DNA of 64,000 bases from Octopus vulgaris (Eukaryota): the NCBI GenBank assembly GCA_951406725.2, contig OX597815.1:125054001-125118000 (forward strand). The letters are read 5' to 3'. The notes beneath the pieces were generated by a model. The model worked only from the letters and a program-made list of their open reading frames with translations, did no database searches and was not told the origin of the DNA. A program made the translations under genes and the position numbers. The stretch's first letter is position 1; each line of letters begins with the position of its first letter. This document shows positions 37,831 to 51,578 of the stretch, piece by piece.

Positions 37831-38619
37831 TGGTAAGTGGCAGATATGTGGGAAGTTATAAAATAGAGAGAGAAAATGTGTGTGTGTGTCTGTATGTGTC
37901 TCCTTGTCATGGGCTAGCTATAATTTAAAAATCAGAAAAATCATCACCATCTCATGAAAATTTGTCCAGCCATAAGGGCATTTTCACTTTTTTACTATTC
38001 AAATTTATGCAAATATGATAAACAGTTATTTTTTTGATAATACATAGGAAAAAAATATTGAGAATTCTAGCCAATGCAGTCAATACCAGTTTCCTTGGAT
38101 TCTGAATCTTATTTGCTTTAACTACAGCTAAAGGTTGCTTAGAGACAACGAAAAGCAGACATCCAAATGTCTAAATAAGGATTTAGGGAAGACATTCAGC
38201 ATGTTTTTCATCATTTTGCTTTTTAATAGTCAATTAGATAACTTTTGGCAATTTAAAACTTAGTTGCAGCAGTGTCACATCTTAATAATGGATTAAGGAA
38301 ATTAAAAAAAGTAGATATTCACATCATCCTGTAGGTTAGTTATAGCAATTCTATGAAATGCGTATTAACAGTGAAATGCTATGGGTTATTAGGTGACATG
38401 CAAAACATTGAAAAGGCAAAAGAAAAAAAAATATTGTTGCAATATCATGTTACGAAACGCTTATCTATTAGCATTTACTAAAAATTACAATGTTTGTAAG
38501 CTTATAAGTGACATGCCAATAACAGGTTAATTAAAGAAGTTAAAATTTCCACATGCCAGGCTAAAAAGGTTTGCCACAATACTGTTATAGCCTAATAGTT
38601 GATATTTAAAACAAACATA

Positions 38620-38790
38620 ATTGTTATTGGTTAGTCCCATGTCTGATCCACAGTACCTGTGATTAAAAGTATTTTATTTTTCAAACTGAGTATCTTGACC
38701 GATGTTATCCAATATGTTTTCCTATTTTTTTAAGATTATATGGTATAATCACAAGATTTGGTTGCAGTTTCATTTAGGTCATTGACCTGT
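38620..38790 (+). repeat. Family E short interspersed repeat (other copies about 21225-21300, 22050-22130, 39830-40030, 40670-40810, 41160-41350, 45445-45640, 47575-47740)
   Basis: Shared motifs atgatcaaagg..ttccagc..tgacc, cattatccaat, agatttggttgctatttctagcag. Confidence 0.65.
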
Positions 38791-39082
38791 ATACACAGAA
38801 TATATGTGTTGGAAAGAAGTGAAGAAAAAAAAGAGGAATGTAATAAAACTTATCTTGTTTATTTATTCTGCTATAACCTTGGTCTGGTTAATGCCTTGTG
38901 ACCGGGATTGATAGCTAGAAACTGAGAAGAATCCTGCTCTGTATGTGTGTGCATGCATGAGTGTATGTGTGTGTGCACATGCACATCTGGAATGTTAGAA
39001 GTTGTGTTTGTGTGTGTGTTTATGTACGTATTATTATATGGATAGATTTCAACAAGTAAACAGAACAGAAGATTTAGAAGTA

Positions 39083-39462
39083 CACTTGCGTCAGAAATTA
39101 ATTAGCACTTCTCAAATTTCTACATTAAATAGGTTAAATCAATTAACCTATGAGCTGTTCAAAACGTCTTACGCGATGAGAAAACTTAGTATGGTGTGAT
39201 TTCGGTCCTTGCGAGGTGCTACCTATATCTATTAAACAAAGGAAGATTTGTCTGCATCCGCACTCCAAGTTGTTGTTGCACTGCTATGTCAACATCATAA
39301 GGCTGTAGACTCTCAAACTGCTCTGCAAACAAAGTTACATCATCGTTCTGCGCAACAGTGAACTCGCAACAAAGCAATAGTTCGAGATATGGCCACTAGG
39401 TGACAGCACATACCTTGAGTGAAGAGCAAATCAAGGGTGCTAATTAATTTCTGACGGTAGTG
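39083..39462. mobile_element. Tc1-like MITE, 380 bp
   Basis: 26-bp TIRs cacttgcgtcagaaattaattagcac / gtgctaattaatttctgacggtagtg. TA TSD at 39081-39082 and 39463-39464. Confidence 0.9.
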
Positions 39463-40840
39463 TAGTCTTTATACAGTACTTTGGATGCAGACACAGTTTT
39501 GCAAGTTTCAAGCAGACACATGCTGATTGTATCCAGGATTGTACTCATCCATCTTCAATGATCAGAGTTAGCTGATGAATTGTGATGCAGCAAAAAAAAA
39601 AATGCACTCTTCTTGAGTAGGACAGGTATGCATCTACACAAAACCTAAGCAGCTCCCTCTGTATCTTGCATGCATTATGCATGTGCATCCAAACCATAGA
39701 CACACTTGAGAGATATTCGAATTTTTTTGTGTGTTTTATTGGAAGATCTCTATTTCCTTATATAATCCTATGGTTGATGTTTAACCATGTTGTGATTTGT
39801 GGTGTCCTATAGAAAAATGCCAAGTGTTATATTGTTGTTTCACCTTCATTAACTCTGGTTGAGTACTTTTATGATCAAAGGTACTCCAACTTTGACCACT
39901 GCATCTTTTTATGGGTATCTAAGACGACATTATTCAATGTAGCCTTCTCTTTTCTTTAAATGGTAGTGGGTAATTTGAGGAAGATTTGACTTCTGTTTCT
40001 AGCAGGTCAAGCAGCCAAATAAAGGCTTTCTATAGATACATGTTGCTGCCATTGCTCTTGCTAAATATTTCTGATCTACTCTGCACCTATAGATATGTGC
40101 TACAGAGGTTAACTAAGCAATATTTAATCATATCAAAGGGAAATGGAAATTAATTAAAATTTACATTTCCAGTAGTCTAACATGTAAAAATGTATACTGT
40201 ATCTTCAATTCCTACAAATTTCTTTCTTTGCAATATCTTAAAGGTACCTCACAGACATCTCAATCACACACACACACACGTTCACCCGCACATGCACTAA
40301 CTAAAATTAAACTAGTTGATGATTTCAATTAATGCATTTTTTTTTCAAAGATTTTAATACAGAGACTGATAAAAAGGTTGCTCTACATTCAGAAGATGAC
40401 TGAATATGATCATATACTACAATCATTGTACTGCACTTGTTGAATATATAACAGTATTTGCTTTGCTGAGAGCTAAGTGCTCTTCTTGTATCATTGGTGA
40501 GTGTTTAGCATTATGAAAAAAAAAGACAGAAATAAAAGGCACTTGTTCCAAAAATTAATTCATATAAAAACAAATTATAGAACTGTTTCGCCTATGTTAG
40601 CAAGATGAGAAAAATTCAAATATAATGTTTAAAAGAAAATGTTTATCAATTGACTGTACATAAGTTGTTTTTGTTTAGTTTAATGTAATCCTAAGTCAAG
40701 GAGACAATGTTCTAGCTATGACTATTATCTTGTGTCCTTTTCCATAATTAAGATGGCAGGGTGTGATATAAGGAAGTCTGGACTGCTCTTTCTAGTAGTT
40801 TGAATGACCATATATTTGTATCTCAATATTTTATTTCCAT

Positions 40841-41074
40841 AGGGGTGGCGAGCTGGCAGAATCGTTAGGATGCCAGGTGAAATGCTTAGCGGTATTCAGT
40901 CTGCCGTTAGATTCTGAGTTCAAATTCTGCTGAGGTCGACTTTGTCTTTCATCTTTTTTGGGTCAATTAAATAAGTACCAGTTATGCACCGAGGTCAATG
41001 TAATCAACTTAATCTCTTTGTTTGTCCTTGTTTGTTCCCTCTATGTTTAGCTCCCTGCGGGCAATAAAGAAATA
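40841..41074 (+). mobile_element. SINE family A with alternative tail
   Basis: Family A head and core, tail tttgtttgtcc...gggcaataaagaaat. TSD aatattttatttc at 40825-40837 and 41075-41087. Confidence 0.88.
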
Positions 41075-43155
41075 AATATTTTATTTCTATGAATGAAAAC
41101 TATGTTTGTGTAGAAAGAAAATATAAATAAATAAATATGTATAAAAGGCTAAATTCCTCTGTTGTTGTTTAACCCATTATTAGATTTGATAAAGCAGAAC
41201 TATGATCAAAGGTGTTCCCTCAATGACCATTCCATCTTATATTTATTTATTTTGAACTACATCACCAAAGCTGTATTTTTATTATTAAGACAGCAAACTT
41301 TGATTTAAGAGATTTGGTTGTTATTACAAGCAGGTAGAAGCACCCTTGTTAGTTTCCATTGTCAGTAATGCTGTCTATCTATTTATGAACACACACACAT
41401 ACACACAAGACAAAACAAAGCAAAATAATATTAAATTAAAAAGATTTACTTAATTTAGATTCATGTAACCATTACTATCCAATACATCCAGTAAAATTTT
41501 TCCCTTTTATACAGTATCTTAAATAACTAGATAAAATTATTTTTAAATGCAAATTAGATTTTATAACGGATAGTTATTTTTATGCACTGCACTAACAGAA
41601 TGTTTATCACAAACAGCTGACAGAGCCATTCACTTTGAGTATATTAAACATTTAGCAGTTCTATTTATTTATCTATTTTTATGAAAAGTGTGAAATGTTT
41701 CCATCACTTACTCAATGCATTGCATTCTAGAAATGGTGCATCGGCCAACAGACCAGCTTGGTGACCAGAAGTAACTTTCTTCAAACTTAGGTTAAGTCAG
41801 CGTCTAATTCCTTCACTGCTTTTTCTCATTGGCATAATAACTATAATTAGCCTAACACACACACACATACACATATGCACACACACACAGCTAAAAAAAG
41901 ATAATGAGACAAGCAAGTTTTTAATTTCCTGTGGCCGGCAGTGGGTTTATCTGCATTTTTATCTAGGAGTCGGATCTCTACTGAGTAGGAGAGAAGATAG
42001 AGTACTAGATGCAATGCACAAAATGGCTTATCTTCTCTTGCTGTTAAAAGTTTAGAAACCTGCTTCCACATTGCTGGAGGCCTGCTCCAAGATGATTGCC
42101 CCCACTCCCACATCTACCACTACTACCACATACAAGATAATTGAGTTTGGAATTATAAACTCTTTTTGAAACAATCTAATTGTTTTGGCAAAGGTTTTGT
42201 TTTTACATATAAACCACTATTCATTTATATCATTATAAATGATTCACAATATGACTACTTTCTTTTTCTACCACAACAATAAATAGAAGATGGATTCATG
42301 GCAATGGACCAGTTGGTTGTAGTTTAGCTTTCTGCTACTTATTGTCTTTTTCCTTTTTTTTTTTATTATAGACAACTATCATTAACTTTAAGATGTTCTA
42401 CTAATAATAATTACCAAAAAACAAAAACAAAAAAAAAAACAAAAAACAAAAGTGATGATAATGATGATAAAATAATAATAATGATAATTTATCACATCAG
42501 CAAAAGGTTACAAATTTTAGATTGAACCAGCCCTGGTATATGACTGGTACTTTATCACTTGATCCTGAAATGAGGAAATGGTAATAATGACTCTAGCAGG
42601 ATTTCAATTCAAAACATTAATAGATGTAAAAGAATACTGTGGGGCATTTCATCTGGCACCCTACCATTTTTCCTACACCTAGCATTACTGTTACCATCAT
42701 GGTCATCATCATCATTTTTAGGTTTGCTTTCATTTCTAGCTTTGGCTGGATGAGTCAGTGTTTACCTGAGTTAGTCACTGTCCACCTAGTTAGGTTAAAA
42801 TGAACTCATTTAAAATATTCCAATTCCGGTATGATTTTTACAGCTGGATGGCCTTCCTTAATACTAACTTACAGTAATGAAATGAGATGATTGGACTGTG
42901 GATGTTTGAGAGATGATGATTTGGCACAGTTGACTGGACATTCAACTTGCTGTGGTAACAGCACATTTTGGCACTGGAGGTGCATGCACATGCAAACACA
43001 CACACACATGCATGTGCACATAAAAATATACGGAGAGAGAGAGACAGGCAGAATACACATACAAACAAACATAATTAGATGCACACACAAGTTGCAATGC
43101 ACCTAAGCACTGTATACATTAAGTTCATTATTATCATTATTATTATTATTACTAC

Positions 43156-43502
43156 TACCTCCACCTTCGGTAAGGCAGAGGTATTGTTTTCAGTTGTATT
43201 TGTTTGTTTGTCCGTGGACAAGGTATTTCAAGAACTGCTGGATGGATACGGATGAAACTTTCAGGGATGTTTGGTCTCGTGACTGGCACGAACTGATTAG
43301 ATTTTGCGATAAATCCGGTACCAGACAAGGATGCTGGATTACTTTTTCTGGTTTTTTTTTTTTTACTTTTGAGAGCGGTCGGGTTTATTTTTAGTATTCT
43401 CGCTTGTGAGAGTAGTTGAGTTTATTTCAGATATTCTCATTTTAAATATCATCTCTGGCTAATTATTGAGAGGACGTTGGTGTTGCCTTGGCAGAAGTTT
43501 GC
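43156..43502 (+). mobile_element. HINE/DINE-1-like non-autonomous Helentron-associated element, 3' truncated
   Basis: 5' tacctccacc with nearby inverted ggcagaggta, (GTTT/GTCC)n block, ggatggatacggatgaaacttt core, 3' subterminal repeat ttggcagaagtttgc. Confidence 0.7.
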
Positions 43503-43510
43503 AATAACCT

Positions 43511-43912
43511 CGTAGAATCATTTGCATTCTAACTTTATATTCTGAGTTCAAATTCTGCTGAGGCTGACTTTCCCTTTCATCCTTTCGGAGTCAATTAAAT
43601 AAGTACTAGTTATGCACTGGGGTTGATATAATCAACTTAATCCCCTCCCACAAGCTGTCCTTGCAGCAAAAATTTGAAATCATCATCATTGTCATTATTA
43701 TTATTATTATTATTATATAAGGCAGCAAGCTGGTAGAATCGTTTGAATGCTGGGCAAAATGCTTTGTGGTATTTTGCCCATATTTTAAGTTCAAATTCTG
43801 CTGAGGTCAACTTTGCTTTCATCATTTTGGGGTTGATAAAATAAGTACCAGTTGAGTAATCAAATATCCCCTGTTCCCCAAATTTCAGGTTTTGTGCCTG
43901 TAGTAGAAAGAT
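43511..43912 (+). mobile_element. Two tandem SINE family A copies
   Basis: Copies at about 43511-43680 and 43718-43912, each with gttcaaattctgctgagg. Confidence 0.85.
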
Positions 43913-44782
43913 TATAATTATTATTGTTATCATTACAATTATTGTTTTCAGCCATCCATTGTATAAGCAGAGAGAAAGAGAGAGAGAGATAAAACAAGAA
44001 AAACATTAAAATGAGATAAACATTAAATGTCTGATGTCAAGTCAGTGGTACCAAATAAATAGTGCCAAGATAGCTGTGCCAAAATGTCTCATACTTCTAC
44101 GGAGAATGCTGGGTGCATTTTATTGTAGCACCAGCAAGAACTAAGGGAGATTTTATGTTTCTGAACATACTAAAGAATCCTCTCAACCTACATTGTCCTA
44201 GTTCACTTACTATTGTAATTCCAACAATGGAAATGCAGATGTAATGTCCATTCCATTGTGGTTAAAAAGCAACAAATTACTTGTTAGGGAAAGGGAAGTA
44301 GGAAGCTGAGAAATCTGTCCCTTTCCAAATACTAAAACTACAGTAATAACTTCAGATAGTCAGAAATTATATCATTTGTTAAATCTGTACAAATGTTTAA
44401 GATGTGTCATTTCAGGATAAATACCATAGTTACTGGTCTTTCATTGGTGTATATACATTAAATATACATAGGTAGGTATTAATTATAATGATGATAATTT
44501 TTTTTTTTTATGAAGATTTGTTTTTAGAGGACATACACTTCTGTGAAAAAAGTATTGTAGCTGATTGAATCATCCTCCAGCATATTACTGGTAGTTATTT
44601 TATTAGCCCTAGAGAAGGGAAAATTTTAATCAACTCAGGTAGCATTTGACCAACAAACAAAAAAAAAATCAAAAAGCATAAAATTCTTTATCACAAAATA
44701 TCTAGACAAGTTCTCTACCGCCTGCACCATTTTACAGAAAAAATGGAATCTTCTCAGGTTTCAGAATGGGAAGCTCCAAGTG

Positions 44783-44784
<2 letters not shown>

Positions 44785-44852
<68 letters not shown>
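44785..44852. repeat. (TA)n(GA)n compound microsatellite
   Basis: Directly visible. Confidence 0.97.
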
Positions 44853-44860
<8 letters not shown>

Positions 44861-45181
44861 TCAATAGATTTATGTCAATATTATTAACAATTTTTGCATA
44901 TCAATATAGACAGTTTATTAAGTGTATTGGTGATGGTAATGATGAGGATGATGATGGAAGTATTGATAAGAATGATAAAGATTATGAAGCCAATCTACTT
45001 GTAATTATACAAGCAATGTTTTCAGATAATTTGATGTACTAAATTTACATGATGAATGAAGTGGAAGGGGCACAAAGGGATACATAAATGTAATATTGGA
45101 TGGATATCACCCAAATGTATCCTATATTAAGCACTCTCTATCTATGTATGTATATCAAAACTCTCTATATACAGTTAAAAT

Positions 45182-45214
<33 letters not shown>

Positions 45215-47384
45215 TATGATATGTTGCCATTCATCATTGAGTTTTCTGAACTATTATTTTCAATGGTTGAATGTCAAAGATTGAACCTTTACTTAGGGGT
45301 TCAAGGTAAAAAGCTCAACTCCTCCTCCTATGAATTAATTCATTGTAAATAAATTCTTTATAAGTTCTTAATACATTTATAATTTTTCAAAATCGAAGCA
45401 ATAGGCTGTTATCATTTGGCAGGTGGTGGGGTGGTAGTGGTGAGTCAAGTTAGCCTCAATCAAGCAAACTTTTGATAAAGACATTCCAGCCATGATCATC
45501 CAGTCTTGTATTCAAACTGAGTATTTTGGAATACATTATCCAGCGTAGCCTTTTTTTTTTTAAGGCAATGGTAAGTGAGTAAAAAGAAGTTTGGTTGCCC
45601 TTTCTAGTATGTCAAGCAACCACATACAGGTCCCATCATTGGTCTGAAACTATAGGTAACAAATTCACTGGTGAAAATGCTGATTAATAATGATATAAGA
45701 GAAGGGTGGTTATGCAATGTTTCCAGCATGTAAGGAGATTGAGGCAATGTTTAAATTGACACAAACTAACGAATCACCATAGTCATCATCACTATTCAAT
45801 AATCCATAAAATAAATCACAAAGAATAATTAATTACTCAGAGATGCCATCAGCATGGAAAAAAAAAGTAGATTAATGCTAACATATTTAATGTTGTGAGC
45901 ATCAAAAACCTAATTAGAAATAATTATGAGGCGATATAAAGACATCAGTTTAACTATTTCAGTGTGCAACCTGCTCTAGTATGGCCCTGTAAGGTCATCC
46001 CCTTGTGGATAGACCACTCAATAGCTTGCTGCTTTTATAAGTGACAAAGCTTCAGGCAAAAATATTGAACAATTTTTGTTCAACAAAAAAATTTTTTTTT
46101 TAATGACAAAGATTCAATAAATTACATAAAAAAAGACCCCCACACAGGGATTTATGTCAACAGAAAGGTATATTGCACTGAAAGTATTAATTAAATCACT
46201 TTTATAATATTGGTTGGTGCAAACGATCAACTTTCAACTTCACCCTTGAAACACTTATTCCATTCCCAGAAGCTGCCCTGTTTGTTAATATCCAGAGATG
46301 CTCTGATTAAAGATGTGTGTGTGTGCATGCAAATGAAGATGAGTATTGTCACAATGTTGATATTTATACATATGCGATGTCTATGAAGTGCCAATGATTT
46401 TAAAGAATATTTGATCTTTTGAGTGACACACATGACTACCATGTGCCCAGAAAGTGTTTGACATCAAATGAATGTCCATCTAACATTATCTTTGTCCTAT
46501 TTTGTTTGGGTATAGACTGATTGTGTATTGAGTGACTGTATTAATGTGTGTATATTTTTGTAAACATCTATGCATGTTATTTACTGGTTCTAGTCTTTAG
46601 GCTCTGTTGATAACATAACAACTGCAGTATTTAATTCTATCAAGTATTCCTTTTAACGATTTCTATATTTTGAACAGCTATGTTCAAAAACAAAACACTT
46701 TTTCCTTTCCATTTGTATAAACACATACATACATACCTGTGTATGTGTGTCTATTTTAATGGCGGTTCAATCAATCGAATTATCTGTTTGTAGAATTAGT
46801 GACTGACCATTCCAGATACATGTACACTTGACATAGACCTCAGGCAGAAACAGCATAACAGTGTGTGGCAAGTTTGTACTTCTGAATTACACATACAATC
46901 TGACAGACTTGTATACAGTTTCTCTCAACCCAAGTGAGAGAGAGAGAGTGTGTGTATTAATGGAGTTCTATAGCATCAAGCCTGGAATGTTATGTGGTTA
47001 TGAAGTAAATTTCTTAAACCACCCAACCATATTTATATACAGGTAAATTTAATCCTCTTGGTTTTATTCAAAATATGGGTTTGAAATGATATCAGAATGA
47101 ATTTAATAAGTGTGTACCTTTTAAATTTTTTTTTCTTTTTTGCTTATGCATAAAAACCTGTTGACTGAGTTTTGATGAAAAGTTTGTGCTTCATAGTGTT
47201 TGCTTGTAGTAAGAAATCATTCAATAATTTGTATTTGATGTAGTGTATTCTCTTGTTTGGTGTGTCAGTTAAGAAAACAGTGTATGCTCTTTTATTAATT
47301 TCAGCCACTGGACTGAAACTATGCTGAAGCACCATCTTGAAAAGTTTAGTCAACCAAATTAACCCCAAATAATAATAATAATAA

Positions 47385-47565
47385 ATGCGGCCTTTTAAAC
47401 CCTAGCCAGGCTCATGGGCCCGATTTCCTGGTTTCTATGGCGTATGTGTTTTGTGGCAAAAGAGTCAGCAGAAGTTCGCCATTACCTTCTGCCGGAGCCG
47501 CGTGGAGCTTAGATGTTTCACTCATAAACACACACATCGCCCGGTCTCAGATTCGAACCAGCGAT
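47385..47565 (-). mobile_element. SINE family D, internally deleted
   Basis: gtcagcagaagttcgccattaccttctgccggagcc...ctcataaacacacacatcgc matches 34003-34100. Confidence 0.85.
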
Positions 47566-50500
47566 TGTTGTTGTTCCTGTTGTTTAGACCCAGGTGAGCC
47601 CTGATTGAACAGATATTCCAGCTGTGACCCTCCTGTCTTTTGATTACATTATCAAATGGGTTATCTTTCCTTTTTCTTATTGGTACAGCATGATCTGAAG
47701 ATTTAGTTGCTATTTCTAGCAAGTTGGAAAACTGTGTAGTAGTTATTTCACAGGCATGTTATAGTGAGTTTTAATAGGAGAGAAACATGTCCAAAGTTGA
47801 TGCTCTTACCTACCAAGCTCTAATTAAAGTAATATTATATCTTCAGATAAGGCTTTCATTTTACTGCAATATGTATAATCAATTAAGTAATTATGTTTCT
47901 CCTTCCCATTCCATGAAGTATATTGGCCTTAACTTAACTATAAGTAAAGCTGTAACATGAAATGATTTTGACAGATCAATTTCAGGTGACTTTGACTATT
48001 AAATTCATTATTGTGTTTGGTTAGATCAAAACTCAACGTTGTTGTGAGGTTTGTTTTGTACTGAAATACATTTGTAGAGTACATGGTTTTCAAAGGTGTA
48101 AAGTTACATGTATAATTATTAGCATATTATGTGAGAATGATGTCAGAACTTCTATTCTTTTGTGGAACTAGTATGGATTCAGTGTAGTGTTTTGTTACAG
48201 AAATATTAGTCATGTCATCTTATCTTGTGATTCAAATGTCACATAAATATGTGTGAGATCCATTTTCAGCTCCCATTTGTCAAAGTCTAATCCACTGAGA
48301 GCTGTGACTCAAAAACAAAAACGAAAATGCTTTGAACTTTCCAGATACCAAGTTGAGTCGTAATCATTTGGCTTAGAGTAGCAAGTGAGCTCAGCTGCAA
48401 GAAGGCAATATTTGAGCTACATCAATATTCCAGGATGGTCATCAATATTTGCTATTTCTTAAATATCTTGAATATATTTAAAATATTTAAGAATTTAATG
48501 ACTGAGAGCTATGGGTTATACATGTTCTAAACAGAAGTAATTATCTAAAGAAATTATTTTCCCCACTATCAGTGAAATATACACGCAAGTCTGTTCTATT
48601 ATTGCAGTGCCATACCTGAAGTGATTTATGGATAGCTATATGTTTGTCTTAGTTTAATTGTCATAGCAATTAAGTATAAAATGTAGGACTCACTTTTAGC
48701 ACTAATTAAATTTTACAAAAAAAAAAAAGAGTTTTTACAGCTCTATTTACTTCAGTAAAAACTTCAGAATAATATCGATAATTACAACTGTTACAAGAGA
48801 CAAAGATAATACTTGCATGAAAGCATTTACAAACAATACTACTATCACAATAGTAATACATCAAAGTTTTACAGAAAAATGTACCTCACAAGTTAATATC
48901 AGAAAAAGTACTAAACTGCAACTTCAGTAACCCCACTCAGGAAAATATATCCTTTTTAGAAACTGTGAACTAACGCATCATTATGCTTGATACTGTAAAA
49001 AATAGTAGCTGAAGAAAGTAAAGTATTATATGGCATGTTATGTATTTCTTATATCTTAAACTGACTAGGAGCTTCACTATTTGTATCAATTTATAAACTA
49101 TAGCCAAACAACTGAGAAAACTACGTAGTGAGTGATGACCTAAGGTTACAGGTTTATGATGCAATAACATTTATTTGATGAAAAATTACAGAAATATTCT
49201 ATGTAGATGATGAGAAAATTAAAATCTTAATTGGCAGTAGAAATTGGACTTGGTAATTTTGGCTTTTTAGCTATCTAATTTCTCTCTGAGTAGATGACTG
49301 TTAATTTCTTTTTGGTAATGTAAAAAAGCCAACAGAAAAATTAACCTCAATACCAAAATGTAAAGTCAAACACAAATATTCATACACTGCAATAGTAAAA
49401 AAACCAGAAACCAAAGAAATAATGAAGATTTCTTTTAGCTGAACTAATCATAATTTGGAATACATAAGATAAGATTACCATTGAAAGACATTCTTCTCAT
49501 CACCACTATCTCTTTATGTTTGACGAATAGTCTATAAAGATTATTGTTGTTGATGCATCTTCAGTATGTATGTGTGTACGTGTACACACACACACACACA
49601 CACACACAGTGAAGATATGACCAGTGACAAAAGGATAAATAGATATAAAAATACAAAATTAATAAGAAAAGGAAAATATTAAAAAGACTCATTCCTACTT
49701 AATTATGACTAATATCACTGAAATACTACCAACATTTTCACTACATAATGTTAAGTTTTCCTGAATCTATCCCTACAGAATGGTTTGCCTTCTTCAATAT
49801 TTTTCAAGTATTTTAGTTCTCAGCATGATTTTGTAAAGTAGTTCTGAGAAATCCTTGTCTTCAACTCAATACCCCCTCCATCTCTCTCATATGAATCTCT
49901 TTACTTTCCATTTCTTTCTAAACATATATCTATCTGTTCTTCTAAAATGGCTTTTCATCACATTTAGTGACCTTTGACATTTTACTTTACTCTTGTTTGG
50001 TGCTATACTTTATATTACCCCGTTGGCTATTCTTGTTTCATTCTCTAATTACAAGGGCCCCCCACTAGCATCATTTTTGACTAATATATCTTATCAATAA
50101 CATCTAAAATACTTTTATTCTTGAGTTTACTTCCTGATTTTAGCTCTAAGGTGATGGATATTAAACTATGAATATTGATAAGTCTGATGTATTTGTACTT
50201 TTGTTTAACTATAAACTAGAATAGTGAAACAGCTGAAGCCATGGCTAAACCTTATGACAGATTTCTTTCAATGAATGAATAAATAAAATAAATAAATAAA
50301 TAAATAAATAAATAAACTTATTGTCTTGTAATAGAACTACAATACTATGAAAGAAAGAGCTATAAAAGTAATTCATGTGCCACATTTTCATATTTTAGCT
50401 CGTGTGTGTTCAAATCAATAGCAGATATTTTACAGAGTTTCTTGCCAACATCTCAGTTTGCATATTTATATATAAAGACAAAACAGTTCTATACTCTTTG

Positions 50501-51109
50501 TCTTTGAAGTTAACTGCGCACTAGAAGAGGGCAGAGAAAATGAAAAAGAGGAAGAGGATAAAGTAACAGAAATTAGCAAAGGACTGCTACAGAAATAGGT
50601 GGAGAGCAAGGTGTATATCAGTGCAAGTAAGCAGTTAAAGGTTCACAGGTCATAGCTTATGGTACCCCAATGATTATGGGAATGAGTAGATGGGCCAACA
50701 AGAACAATATGGAAGCTGCAGAGAAAGTATCTAGATAGCTCTGGCTACAAACAGGTGATCAAAAAGGTTAGTAGAGTGTCATTTAGACACAGATTAAGAC
50801 TTGATCAACCTCAGTTGAATTGTCAGAATAAAGTACGTGCTGTAAGAACTGAACCATCCAGTGAATTGTGGACACAACACTGACAATGTGTATAGGTATT
50901 GCATCTGTAGATGTATGGAGAGCAGGGCTAACATGGGGCAAAATAGATCAACTTCCCCTTGCAAAGTACATATTCTCTCACTTGTGGTTGAGTGGTTTAA
51001 CAAATGATAACAATAATGATTTCCAATTAAAGTAGAAAATAATAAATTTAGTGGAAGGAAGAGTTAATTAAGTCACATCTATCATGTGACTCCTATTTAT
51101 TTAATTGAG

Positions 51110-51500
51110 TATTATTCTGAATGTTACTAGGTTCATATTCAATCCATTTATCAGTATGTTCAAATGCTAGCTTTGTACATAACTTCCAGTGGATTACTCT
51201 CCCTAGGTTGTCATGTCTTTTCTTGTATTCTTTCTGTGCCAGCATGCTACATTCACTTATTATAGGAGTAACACTTTCCTCTTTAGATTTGCATAGCCTA
51301 CATTGGGAATCAACTCAGTTTTTGACTATCTTGGCCTTTATTCAATTAATCCTTAATGCTGGATCTTGTGCTGCTTTTTTGCAACTAAAAAGCTTTTTGT
51401 CTCACTTTGCAGCCTTCCTTTCAACAACCATAACCATATCTCACTATTTGCTGCAACTATCTTTGGAAATCTATCATGAAATACCTTATCCTGCCACTCA
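51110..51500 (-). mobile_element. R4/Dong-type (restriction-like endonuclease) non-LTR retrotransposon fragment
   Basis: Minus translation across frameshifts: WLWLLKGRLQSETKSFLVA..QDPALRIN..CRLCKSKEESVTPIISECSMLAQKEYKKRHDNLGRVIHWKLC (zinc knuckle and RHD motif). Confidence 0.8.
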
Positions 51501-51539
51501 GATAATTTCTGCTCTTTTTTCTTATTTTTAACTTCATTT

Positions 51540-51578
<39 letters not shown>

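Noticed and set aside
48456-48493. 38-bp AT-rich palindrome (also a 9-bp hairpin near 46667-46689)
   Set aside because: Low complexity; plausible by chance or slippage.
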